The position numbers and the translations under genes were made by a program. From Saccostrea cucullata (lineage: Eukaryota): 64,000 nt of DNA. Under the pieces are notes generated by a model, which was not told the DNA's origin, searched no databases, and saw nothing but the letters and a program-made list of their open reading frames with translations. Positions within the stretch are counted from its first letter, which is position 1, and every line of letters begins with the position of its first letter. Shown piece after piece: positions 48,160 to 60,828 of the stretch. The stretch spans positions 310,001 to 374,000 of the forward strand of contig NW_026931035.1 of assembly GCF_032062105.1 (NCBI RefSeq), read 5' to 3'.

Positions 48160-49150
48160 AAACAAGAAGCCTATGGACAACAATGCTCACCTGAGTCACA
48201 ATTTGGCCCTACTTTTTTTCCTAAGCAGATTCTAACCCAATTTTTGTAAAACAAAATGTGTTTGTGAAACACTGATGCCCCCATATGGCATGCTTTTGGC
48301 AAAAGATTAAAATTTCTCAAATGCAAATCAAGAAGTGAGTCATAATCAAGGTCAATAGGTCAAAAATACCCATAGAAAGGACTCAGCATAATGAATAAAC
48401 ATGTTAAGTATGAAAGAGTCCAAGCACCAACTGTTCAAAAGTTATGGCCATTATTAAAGTTGGCTATATTCTTGCAAAATTGGGTCAAACTCTAAGGTCA
48501 AGGTCAAAAGTTCAAATACATGTATTTTGATACACAAAGAAAGGCCTTGTCCCAGCTAGGAAATACACATGTAAAAATATGAGAGCCACAGCTCAAACAT
48601 ATCAACCTATGAAAAGTTATGGGCAATGTTTAAGTTTTTTTTTTTTGGGGGGGGGGGCAAACAGACAGACAAACAGGACACACATTATATACCCCTGACT
48701 CTTCAATTATGGGGAAAATATAACTAATTCTGGCTTTATCTTGGCTTTGCTGAGAAGATATTCAAGGATTTTATTCCCATGTAAAACTTTGATTGTCCAT
48801 TATGACCCCAACCCCTACAGGGTTCAGAATTTGAATCTACTCTATGACTGGAAGCTAAGTTCGTCTTTACCAGCCCGATGGTTTTGGGGAAGATTTCTAA
48901 ATGAATCCATTAAATTTTCCCCTTTTATTTATAAAGACTTAGAGGATGTGGTCCTTTCTTTAAAGAAACCTGAATGACCTTCACCCATACTTTGTGTCAA
49001 TTTTGGTTGCAAATAGCCCAGTGGTTCTGAAAAAGATCAAACTATAAAAAGCTTAAGATGATGACAAGGACAAAATCAATGCCAACGATGATATAGACAA
49101 TGAAGATAATTTCATCACAAAAGCTAACGCGAGCCTTTGGCTGTGGTAGG
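48160..49150. mobile_element. Degenerate, nested HINE-type elements
   Basis: ACAAGAAGCC..GCTCACCTGAG and ACAAAATGTGTTTGTGAAACAC..ATGCCCC starts, AAGGTCAAGGTCA motifs, a CAGA microsatellite and terminal hairpin remnants. Confidence 0.5.
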
Positions 49151-51133
49151 CTATAAATACTTTTCTACGAACAAGGGATGTGAACATCATGACCCAATTA
49201 TCCCTAAAGTCCTAGAAAACAGAGATACCTCTGTACTGGTGTTAATTATTACCTATGCAGGAGACAAATAAATAACTACAAACTATCATTGGCTTCCTGA
49301 TTCAGCAAACAAAGAGTACATAAATTAAATAAGTAGATATTATTCACAGCCTATTTGTTTTCAAGAAACACCTGTTTTGTACATCAACAATGGAATTCCA
49401 ATAAATGAATTAGGCTAATAACCATTTAGGGGGGAGAGGGTATTCATTCTTATTTCAATAGCCTGGTTTTTGTAAAATTGAAGTGCAAGCAGCAAGCTCG
49501 ACAGACTATTTTATAAGAACATACGAAATCTGAACTAAAGTATGTATATTCATTTTTTTTTTAGTAAATATTCCACCCTCAACTAAAAAAGTTGAGGGTG
49601 GGATATTTTTCCCCATAGATTTTTCATAGATTTTTTTTTTTCAATAAAAGCTTTAGACTTCTGTGATCACACTATCCCAACATCCCCTGTATAAGCCGCA
49701 GACCTCTTTTTAAAACAGTTCAAAGATTTTCTTTGTAGAGGTCTAGGTGTACATCTTACAATGCAGTGTTACTCGGTCGAGGTGAAATTATCAAATTTTA
49801 TGTTTTTTCTGAGCCAGGAGAAAAGTAGCATCATATATACAAGTCAATGCATTATTTACAAACAGTAAATGCACATAATGCAAGGAATATTTACAATTGC
49901 AATATCTTAGACTGAGATAAAACTACAAATAAGGTAATAGCTTTATAATCTCATAAAAGCGATTTGCACAGCACATGACAGTACTGCATGCTTGCTCACT
50001 GTGTGTTGCTTAGTAATTAATCCACCTGAAGAGAATGGTTAAATTTCTTATTATTGAATGAAATATTTTTTATTGAATCAAAGATAGAGCAAACTGATAG
50101 ATCACATCACAAAACCTAAAAACGTAGTTATTCCTTAAATAAATGCACGAAATGTAAGACATGAGTTTTAAGTCTGCAATCTAGGTGTAACAAAGTCGAA
50201 GAGTTTATATACCTATTTGACAGTGGCTTTTTATGAATAGTGTTCAGCTTTAAGCTATAAAGAAAAAAAATTATTATTTATAATAGATCTTTGCAAAATG
50301 CAAATGGTAGCCATTGGTACATTTGGGATACATGTTTTAGGCTAAAAAATGCTTAACAATATTTTACCTGATCAAACCTGTTAAATATGAAGGGCATAGA
50401 CCCGCTCACTCAAAAGTAATGGGCAAGGTTAAGGTTTTTGTGGACAAACAGACAGACAAACGGATGGACAGGCCAAAAACTATACCCCCAAATTATTGAT
50501 TACGGGGGCATAAAAATTCTCAACAGTAGGTGTTACCTGATCAAAGTCAATCAACTACCTGGATTGGTATATATTTTGACCTATTTTGCTTGTAAACGAT
50601 GTGAATAATAAATTTCTAAAATATTAAGAATTTGTTAACTTGCTAAGATGTTTAAAATTCAACCTCTCTGCAACCATCCTAATTTATCTGTACAATTTAT
50701 GTCACTTAAAATTGAATTATTGTGAAACTTTGGATGAAAAATCAAAATATGTGCAGTTATAAACTTATTTATTTTACTTACATAAATGTAATAAAGGTTG
50801 TTATTTTCAGGAATTTTTTAAATAAAAGTTTGTATCATCTGTCCTTAAATAAGATCCATAAATTTTTGCAACACTTTATATTATAATGATAAAAATATGT
50901 ACTTCTAACAAATTTTAAGCTTTTACTTCTATTAGAATTTTAATTGTAATTCATTATCAGATTTATCTTCACTTCAATAAATTTATATAAAACAAAAAAA
51001 TAATTAATTTTTCAATTAAGTGTTGATTAAAGTTCAGCATTGGAAAATCCCTTGACCTAGGTTGGCCTTTAGTGGAGGTACTGTTTGCCTTAAACCCACG
51101 CTGGGTGTTTATTATAAGTTTATCGTACTTATA

Positions 51134-51345
51134 CTGTAGACGTACTTTTTTTCCACAGGTCATAATTCTGCGGAATCTCAATTTCTGTTTAATCCACGGG
51201 TGGAAAATTACGTGGATTTCCCAGACTGTCACTATATGCCTTACATTTACCAGGTATTAAGTACGCTTGGACAAATTTATGCGGAAAGTTTGTGACCACC
51301 TACATAGCGTAAATTAATACCGCATGGAAAAAAGAACTTCTACAG
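51134..51345. mobile_element. TA-flanked MITE
   Basis: TIRs CTGTAGACGTACTTTTTTTCCA / TGGAAAAAAGAACTTCTACAG with TA on both sides. Confidence 0.75.
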
Positions 51346-52014
51346 TAATTAAAAGTTCTACATCTGCTAAACTTGAACCAATTAATTAGTTTATTTTAGA
51401 CTTATCAATCAATAACCTTTAGCAATGAGAGACTTCTTAGGTTATTGATTTACATTTTAATCTGAGACATACAGTAGAACCTGTCTTATCCGACATAAAG
51501 AGAAAAAGTTTGTGTCAGAATACACAGGGTGTCCGAATACAATATATTAAAGATCATGGAAAGTAGTACAAGAGGCCTGTGGGCCACAATGCTCATCCAC
51601 ATCAGCAGGTTTTCCAGTATAATTGTGGCCCCACCCTACCCCCCGAAAATAATGATTTGAAAAAAAAAAATTAAATTAACACTACCTAAAGTAGTGTAGA
51701 TTTCATATCAGTGAGATTAAATATAATTTTAATTTTCTCAAGAAGAACATTTTTTTTACACTGTTTGTTCTTTCCACCCTACCCCAGGGGTTCATGATTT
51801 GAATAAACTCAAATCTACATTATGTAATGAGGGTTTCAAATAAGTTTGATTTTTCAAGCCAAATGATTTTTGAAAAGAAAATTTTTACCACCAACTTTTT
51901 TACTAATACTTCAAGATAAATTCAAATTGCCCAGTGGTTTTAAAGTAGAAGTTGAAAATATGAAAAGTTTACAGATAGACATATGCACAGCAGACACAAA
52001 GTTATCTGTGATAG

Positions 52015-52419
52015 TGTAAGACACACTGCTTCCTACTAGCTTGGGCTAGTGGGTTAACCCTTTAGCTCAATTGGTAGAGCAATGGACTGGTAAGCTTACG
52101 GTCCCAGGTTCAATCCCCAGCAGAGGCACAAAACTGTCTCTGTTACATTACTGGTCTGTTTTTTTTTTCTTCTTTCCTGTTACATTTGATGTCATAATCA
52201 GGATGTTATGATCAGGATTTGATAATCAGGATGTGACAGGTAGAGAAACTAGGTTGGTTTCCTCTGAGACAAAGACATTTAAAGAGAGGATCGGATGTGG
52301 TGATCAATCAGGTCAACTCACTGGTGGTCCGAGATAACTCCAGATGTTTATTATACAGAGATCTGTGTAGGGTTGGGAATAATTCAAGGTTTAGCTGAAA
52401 TCCCTAAGTCACACTTACA
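52015..52419 (+). mobile_element. ~400-bp TGTAAG...CTTACA-bounded element containing a tRNA-like sequence (52057-52128)
   Basis: Short inverted termini; A box TAGCTCAATTGG, anticodon-loop-like CTGGTAA, B box GGTTCAATCCC. The acceptor stem is degenerate. Confidence 0.6.
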
Positions 52420-52520
52420 TATTGTCTAACACATTTAATTGATTTGTTTGAATGTAGTACCAGAAGATCTACAAATAGAAATACATATACATGTACTGTG
52501 TATTTACAGGTATACCTCAC

Positions 52521-52572
52521 CTTTACTATATCAGAAGGTAAGTCAGTCACCTTGTTTACCACCTGGCTGCCT
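52521..52572 (-). CDS. RCC1L: RCC1L exon (GSQVVNKVTDLPSDIVK)
   Basis: TTTAG acceptor and GTGAGG donor; phases 2/0 bridge the neighbouring exons exactly. Confidence 0.85.
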
Positions 52573-52758
52573 CTAAATAAGAACAAAAAATCATCAGTAG
52601 CAGAGCACATGTACTGTGACTTTAAGTACAGTGGTCATATGAATGTATGATTTCAATCATTGTGAGTATTTATGATTTAACATTTTCAGCAAACTCTTCA
52701 GATAGAGCAAATTAATGTTAACAAAGCAGTATCACAATAGAAAAACACCATCAAATAA

Positions 52759-53060
52759 TTGATTGATTGTATGTTGTTTAACGTCCCTCTCGAGAATTTT
52801 TCACTCATATGGAGACACCACCATTTGCCGGTGGAGAGCTACAATTTTGTCCTATACTTGGCACTCAGGGCCATTGAGCAGGGAGGGATCTTTTTCCTGC
52901 CAGCAGCTACTGCAACACGGGACATCGGTTTATTTGGACTCATCTGAGGGATCGGTCTCCATGTCCCACAGTGGGATTCGAACCCGTGACATAAGGATCA
53001 ACTCCTTACTTTGAGACTCTAGAGCAAAGGCTCTTACCACTGTGCCACACGGGTGACCAC
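52759..53060 (-). mobile_element. tRNA-derived SINE
   Basis: Minus strand shows A box TGGCACAGTGG, B box GGTTCGAATCCC, a ~200-bp body and a (CAAT)n tail. Confidence 0.85.
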
Positions 53061-53375
53061 TACAAATTAAAGAAATTTCATGAGGGCTCATTCGACGATC
53101 CAGCTGACAACATATGCCCTTCCCCATCATTCGTCCTGTAAAAATGACCAGTCATAGCACATCCTCAGATCATAACCAATCTGGGCATAGTTATTCAATA
53201 GATCCAATCCTAATTTTGCCTGTTTAAATGGCCATATACACAGAGGAAATTTTCCAATGGTCTCAATTTCAGGCCCAGGAGAGTTATTTACAATGGTTTG
53301 GGGGAATGTTTTATTGTGAAAGCTGTGTAAAACTATGTTAGGAAATATATGATTTTCATATTTTGAGTATATATC

Positions 53376-53376
<1 letters not shown>

Positions 53377-53422
<46 letters not shown>
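53377..53422. repeat. (TA)n microsatellite
   Basis: About 23 TA units. Confidence 0.95.
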
Positions 53423-53428
<6 letters not shown>

Positions 53429-53907
53429 TTTTTCAGACCAGTGTGCTACAAATATAGCTTTTTTTTACAACTAAACAGCTTGCACTATAGTTTTGTCATG
53501 AAGTATGGTATAATGACATCAAAATGGACTATTTCTAATTTGCAAAGAAAAATATTTGGAAATGTAAATATTTCAGAATGTCTTACTTGTATATTTCTCC
53601 TTCCACTATTTTTCTACCACACTACTACAAAAGTCCATGGGCATTCATCCGGCAAACGAACCCAGTAACAGCTAACTTTTTTTGTGTGCAATTAATATAC
53701 ACTTTTTTCAATAGGTGGCACTGTAGCTCCCTAGTCACCCTTCCCATTTTTTCAGACCAGTGTGCTACAAATCTGCAGCTTTTTTTTACAACTAAACAGC
53801 TTGCACTATAGTTTTGTCATGAAGTATGGTATAATGACATCAAAATGGACTATTTCTAATTTGCAAAGAAAAATATTTGGAAATGTAAATATTTCAGAAT
53901 GTCTTAC

Positions 53908-53974
53908 TTGTATATTTCTCCTTCCACTATTTTTCTACCACACTGTCCATAGGCATTGTGTCCCAAACTGAAAA
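53908..53974 (-). CDS. RCC1L: RCC1L exon (VFSLGHNAYGQCGRKIVEGEIYK)
   Basis: RCC1 motif GxNxYGQCG; TTTTGTCAG acceptor, GTAAGA donor; phases 1/2. Confidence 0.92.
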
Positions 53975-56866
53975 CTGACAAAAGAATGGGCATTCATTGT
54001 ATCAACAAAATAAGAGGAAGCTCATAAATTGATAGCAGACAAGTATCAGTTTCTAGTTTCTCTAAGAAAACAAAATCATTGGACATGATAGACAATGATA
54101 AAAAACAAGGGTGCAAGTCCAGTTAATTCTGAGGTTATAAGCAGGAATCAAATAGGTGTGTGATTAATAATTAGATAGTTTGTACCAGTCAGCTGTATAT
54201 TTTACAGTAAGTTGTTGCATTAAGGTTTAGGTCTTGTAAATCATGTAAGCCATTTCTACATGATAAATAGAAATTAACGAGGCAGATAATGACTGATGTA
54301 TTCATCAAGTACCAGGCAATCATTGATGAGTTTAAAAATTATGCTTATCAGTATCACTTGTGTTGTTAATTAATTCAAGTTGTACAGATTAACATCCATA
54401 CTACTTTTGAAGATAAACTTATGATTTTCTTGTCTGCCACCTCTGAAAATCAAACATGTCTACTACTTGCCCATTTATATATCATAATTATACAGAATAT
54501 AACTTTCCAAAAATACATCTAAACAAATACTGTTTGGGAAAGAGAAGATTAGAAAATTGTTTTTCAACTCTTTTCATAGTGACAAACCGCATTAAAACTA
54601 GAAACTTGTTGACATGGCAACAAGTCTTTCTTGGTTATATGTGATATAGCACGCAGGAAGGAATCATACAAATACCTGCTATACGTAGACCCCCCCTCAA
54701 AAAACCCACTAAATTGTAATTTTTTTCAGAAACTGTAAAGGAAAATGGAAACCAGAAGTCTCTCATGAGACTTAAGCTCTACTGGTTTGAACTTAAAATG
54801 AAGGAGGAGAGAAGTTGCACTTGGACTTTGAAAACTTTGCAACTATAATAAACTGAATAATTATCCTTGTTTAGTCTCTTTTTGTGGCAAAATTTATCAC
54901 AATCAGACTAAGACTGTATTTCATAGAAATTTCTATTTAAAATAACATGACAGCACCATTCATTGAAAATATAAAAAAAAAAATAGAATATGTATTATCT
55001 TAGTTTAGTCTGTGTGTGTGAGGAGTAATTATATCAAATTCAGACCAAACTGGAAGGAATGTTTGTCCAAAAACATTAACAAGGGCCTTGAATCGCTGAA
55101 ACTTTGTCTGGTACAATGAAACACACTAAAATCACTTCTATGATGTCTAACTATATGTACACAGAATAAAACCTTTAAATTGAAAAGTGCTCCAAAAAAC
55201 TTAACCTTCATTTTGACGTTTAAAAACTCGACGCCGAAGACGCCAGGATAATCAACTGACAAATGTGATGATTCTAAGCCCCTTATTGGTATTATCCAAG
55301 AACCCAAAATGCATCAATTGACATTAGTTTAATGATCAATAAGTAGGTGTGTGATTAATAATTAGAAGTTTGTACTCACTGTATATTTTGATATTGAATA
55401 TTAAGGTTTAGGTCTTGTAAATCATTAAGCCATTTTTAAGATAAATAGAAATTAACAAGCTTTAAAATGAGAGAAAAACCTGGCAATTTTTATTAAAAAT
55501 TGAATAACTTGTGTTGTTAAAAATTGAAAACAAAAAAACATTCTACTTTTGAAGATTATCTTATGAAGTTTTGAAGAGTGAAAATCAAACATGTCTACTA
55601 CTTGCCCATTTATATATTATTTAATTATTTATTTGTTCACTTAATTATTGTATAATTGTTTCTAGTACTTACAATCACTTGTATTGTTGACAGGCAACAA
55701 GTTTTATAGTGATATACACACGGAATCATACAAATACCTGTTTATGTAAAAATCATTAAAAATTTTTTCAGGAAATTAAAGCAAAAAGTAATTGCTTTGA
55801 ATATTTCTGGTTTGAACCGTTAGGAGAGAATTGTTGGACTTTGAAAACTTTGGTATAAATTTGTAGGAGTTATCAGTGTAGTCTCTTTTAGTAAGGCAAA
55901 ATTAATCTGGAACATACTAAGAGTATTTCATAGAAATTTCTATTTAAAACAATCATTACAAATTTGATATATACCATTCAATATTTTTTTAAAAATATGT
56001 GTGTGAGTGCATTTAACGAACTTCACATGAGATTTGTTAATCCCAAATAATGGCATAAAACTTATCCTTTTTGGAAGAACTATCCTGTAATATAAATAAA
56101 TTTTTTTAATGCAAGATGTATTTATTTTTTTATCGAGAGCCCAGGATAATCAACTGACAAATGTGATATTCGAAGCCCCTTATTGGTATTATTCGAATAT
56201 CATCAATTGACATTAGTTTAATGATCAATAAGTATATGAGATATTTAAATATAGCCATAAAATGTCTAAAGTAAGTCACTGTGACCTACTTTATGGTTGA
56301 GAATCTCCGTAAACCCAAGATAAATCAACTGACAAAGTTTGAAGATTCTAAGCCAATAAGTACCTGAGATACCTAAATATAGCCATAAATTGTCAAAAGT
56401 AGGTCACCGTGACCTACTTTTTTGTCAACCATCTCCGAAGACCCAAGATGCATCAACTGACAAAGTTTGATGATAATAGGTCTGAAAGTATTTAAAATAT
56501 GCCATTTTAATAATTTGAAAACAATTGCCTGAAAAATTTTAAAAGTAGGTCACTGTGAGCTACTTTTTGATAAAAATATTTTAAGGCCTCAAGGTGCATC
56601 AAATTACAAGGTTTGATGATTCTAAACCTCTCAGTATCTGAATGAATTGCCTTAAATATTTTAAAAGATATAAGCCATAAAATTCAAAAAGTAGTTAATT
56701 TGACATTGTTTGAGGACTCAGGATGCATCAACTTTCTTTTTCATTAATACACAACAAGATTACCACTTTTCCTAAGTATTAAGAATAAAATTAAAATTTG
56801 TGAAAGTGCAAGGATGTGTCAATCAAACCATCCAAAATTTTGAAGTTTCAATAACTTTTAGATGAA

Positions 56867-57343
56867 ACTAGAACTGTCCAAACGGGACAAAATACCCCCC
56901 ACTGGGTTTTTCAGAAGTAAGTTTTTCCATAAGAAAGATATGGACCAGACACGAATTATGAAATTTTTCTTCCAGTGACCTTGAACTTCCCCAAATGACC
57001 TTGGGTCAAGGTCATGACACACCCTTGGGTTATGGGCAATCTTTGTGTGAAATGAGAACCTACCAAGTTTATCCATAAGAAAGATATGGACCGGAAACGA
57101 ATTGCGAAATTTTTCTTCCAGTGACCTTGAACTTCCCCAAATGACCTTGGGTCAAGGTCATGACACACCCTTGGGTCATGGGCAATCTTTGTGTGGAGTA
57201 GTAGATTCTAATGTCCCTCTGTAAGAAAGATATGGACTGGACACGTTTGCACAGACAGATGGACAGACGGACAGCTAGACAGACGGACAGATGGACAAGG
57301 TGATTCCTATATACCCCCCAAACTTCGTTTGCGGGGGGTATAA
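56867..57343. mobile_element. HINE-type element with ~138-bp internal tandem repeat
   Basis: ACTAGAACTGTCC..ATACCCCC start, two near-identical TGACCTTG-rich units, a GACA/GACG microsatellite and a terminal ATACCCCCC..GGGGGGTAT hairpin. Confidence 0.75.
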
Positions 57344-58559
57344 TAAGATTTTTAATTTATTTTCATGTGAAATGCTATTACAATATATAAGTAGTGATAT
57401 TATACAGAAAATATTAATTTCAAATCTGTGTATGCACCTTTCAGCAGGTGAAAAATTTTGTGTTTTTGCTTGCTCAAAGGTATGCCAATAATTTTGGTGG
57501 AATTTTTAAATAGGTGGACACAAAATTCAATAATACTTTAAATGAAAGAAAGTTCATCTTTAGATGATTTTTAAGTACATTTAATCTAAATTTGAAAACA
57601 ATTCACAAAAAAGTTTCAGTAAAACGAATACCATATGAAAATTTATTTCTTTACGTTTTTACTCCAGTATTCTCAGTGAAACTTCGTATCTATAGAAACT
57701 GTTTTTCATGCACGAGCGATTTAGCGCTCACTATAAATACTTTTACCGGGGAATGTTCGATTAATGCGACGTTCGTTACAAAGAATCGCAGGTTGTTTTG
57801 TGTCTTTGGCTTTCCCTGCCCTCCCAGCCCTTGCATTGTTCATCTTAAGTTATGAGTTTGATTTGTATGTTTTGAATAAAAATGCGATTTGTAACGAACG
57901 CAACAATCCTACAGTATATTCTTTTTCTTTGTTTTCAATAAATTAGTCAAGAAAATATTTATTTGCGGAGGAGTGAAACGAGGGAGAAAATAAGATACAT
58001 GCTTCAACAGCATACAGATCAAAGTTAACTTCATTTAGTTTAGTACTTATGCACAAAGATGCAAAAGCGATCAGAATTTTAGCAGATTGCTTCAGAAACA
58101 CTAAAATAAGGAAAAATGAGCACCTGGCAAAAAATCTATATAAAACTATATGGTAATTAATGGTTATGCAATGCCTTCAAACAACAAAAATTGCCCTTAA
58201 ACATTAATACTAATTAAAAGAAGGATAATATTCCCTTCAGAAAAATTAACACCTACATAAACTGTATATTTTTTTGATCCTCTAACGCACATGAAGTATT
58301 TAACCACACAAAAGAAAATTGTGATTGGTTTTGAGTTCTAGTGCACAGAATGATTTTTTTTAACTTATTTGTTTTATATGTAATCTTATTATCATGTCTG
58401 AGGCAAATAGAACAAATAGGGTATTATCTGATATATATTCTGTAAAATTTTTGCATTCTGTAAAAATATTTGATAAATATAGGACATTATGTGATACACA
58501 TTTAAGAATTTGTGAAAATGACATTGAAATGGGTGTAAAATTCACTCAGCTTTAATGTT

Positions 58560-59250
58560 AAAAGTTCAAGGGGCAAAACTGTCAAAAATCATTGGACCAC
58601 AACCATAATCCAAATTGATCTGTGTTTTCTGTACTTAACATAGATGCCTATGAAATTTCAACCACAGACATAAATCCCTATGAAAGTTAGAGAGTGGAAA
58701 CTGAAAATGTCTCCTAATTTTTTCTAAGTTCAAGAAGGATAACTCCATCAAAAACCATTGAACCATGACCAAATTTTAACTTGACCTGCATATTTCTATG
58801 ACGTATCCAGGTCAAATTTCAGTTGAATGTGTGCAACTGTTGCCAAGCTAATGGACAGAACAGAATGTCAATGATGACGAAATGACAGAATGATGGAACA
58901 AGGTATATATGCACTCGACCATTGTATGTTGGGGCGTAAAAATGAAGTGAAAGTCTTATCTCCCCGTTAACAAGAGATGTAACACTTATGCTCCCCCTCC
59001 CCCAAATAATTGGAATTTTTTTAAGTCCAAAGGGTATAATTCTGTCAAAAATGGCCTGAACGTCTCCAAAACATAACTTAACCTAGATATTCTTCTGATA
59101 AATCTGTATAATAAATTTCATTTTGATATGTGCAACCTCTGGAAAGAAAATGAACAGAAACTGATGGTGGACCAACAGACAGACTGACTAACCAACCAAC
59201 AGACAGCAGCAAAGCAATATGCCCTTCCTTCTTTGAACGGGTTGATAAAT
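58560..59250. mobile_element. Degenerate HINE-type elements
   Basis: Repeated AAGTTCAAG..AACT..CAAAAA..TTGACCTG units, CAGA/CCAA microsatellite and terminal hairpin remnants. Confidence 0.5.
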
Positions 59251-59292
59251 ATAATTTTCCCTTGTTGAGCCTCTCCTTGGTACATTACTTAC

Positions 59293-59421
59293 CCCCTTCC
59301 TTATCTGTGAGGACTAACGTGTGGGCACGCCCACAGGAGACATCTACCACCTCTGTAGACTGGGGGCACTCCAAGGGGAGAGGAATCAGCACCGGCTCTA
59401 TGATGTAATCCAGCACTCTAT
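59293..59421 (-). CDS. RCC1L: RCC1L exon (DRVLDYIIEPVLIPLPLECPQSTEVVDVSCGRAHTLVLTDKEG)
   Basis: VSCGRAH motif; TTACAG acceptor, GTAAGT donor, phase 1/1. Confidence 0.95.
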
Positions 59422-60617
59422 CTGTAATTCAAAAGCTTATTTCCAGTACTTCATATTTATAAAGACCATTTACATGTACATGTACTACTTTTTACCAATA
59501 AACAACAAGTTTCCTACATGTATTTTCATTCAGATAACTTCCTGTATGTTCTCAACACTTAATTTTACATATATCTACACCTTTAATTGTTGGGTCCCAA
59601 ATGTGTGAAACCTGTCAAGTCTTAATGGGACAGAAATTGAGAATCGTTTGATGAAGCATTTATTATCAACCAGTCGTCAATGTGATCAGATAAGTCCATA
59701 TCCTCTTATACTTGATTACCTGTCTGAAATATTATATTATATAATAATTTAAAATTAATAATTTTCCATTCACTCACATCAAATTTATTTTCAAATTAAT
59801 AGCAACCAGAACTAAGAACTATTTAATTTGACTAATGCTAATTTATTGCAATGGAAGGCCAAATTCCTCTGGTCAAAACCCAAGAGATAAAAAAAACACT
59901 AGCTTGATCAAAGATGCTGAGCCAGATTTCTCCTAACACTGAACTCAAGAATTTATCCCTAATTTGATGAAAATCTCCTTAAAACACCATGAGACCACTG
60001 ATTAACATTACACCCATGAAAGAAGTGGAATTTTTTCTTCAACCTTAAAGAAAGCCTGATGATTCCAAGCTTAAAAATTTTCCAGTTATGAGCCAGACAG
60101 CATTTTACTGTATTTGATTATTTAAATCAATTTAATTTTGATTGTAACTTGTCATTTGAAATTAATTTATATTGTGTAATCTGTGTTCCCAATGTCACAA
60201 TGAACTGCGTCAGAAACGTATCAATCAGCTTGCAGTTACATTTAAAAAACAAACAATTTGAAGGCAATTTAAATCAATGGAAAAATTTTCATATTTTTTT
60301 TTTACACTTACGGATAAATCAAATTAAAAGGAATGAATTTAATAGCTTTATAGGTTATGTAGCTATTAAATTCATGTCTTCCTTAAATATCATCTTAAGG
60401 GGTACCAGCACTCTGATAAGGCAGATAACATTCTTAAAAAATTATCTGAATACTGTTTTCCATTTGAAACTTATGCTATTGCTCTTATAGAAAGCAATAC
60501 ATGTATTGGGAAGTTTTAAAAAATGTGAAATTTAGAGCAGAGGGTTATTAGTTCATAGCGACCTACGGTACTTTTAATGTTGGTCACACCTTCTGTTGAC
60601 AAATTTTGAATACTGTA

Positions 60618-60828
60618 TTGTGAAATCACAAATTTTCATGGGGGTTTAATTTTCGTTGTTTTCGAGATATGAAGAGACCCATGAATTCATGTCCACCATG
60701 AAATGTAAAAATACTATAAATACATAATTACTCAACATTTCTTCATCCACGAAATCAAATCCCCACGAAGCAAGAGTTTTTACTTAAACCATGAAAATTT
60801 GACCCCATGAAAATATGTGATTTTACAG
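60618..60828. mobile_element. TA-flanked MITE, same family as 25008-25214
   Basis: Colinear similarity along its whole length, with the same TIRs. Confidence 0.85.

Noticed and set aside
52057-52128. Functional tRNA-Thr(GGT) gene
   Set aside because: The acceptor stem is broken, GGT is not a normal eukaryotic Thr anticodon, and it is embedded in a repeat-like element.
53620-53640. CACTACTACAAAA as a CACTA transposon end
   Set aside because: No matching opposite TIR or 3-bp TSD was found.
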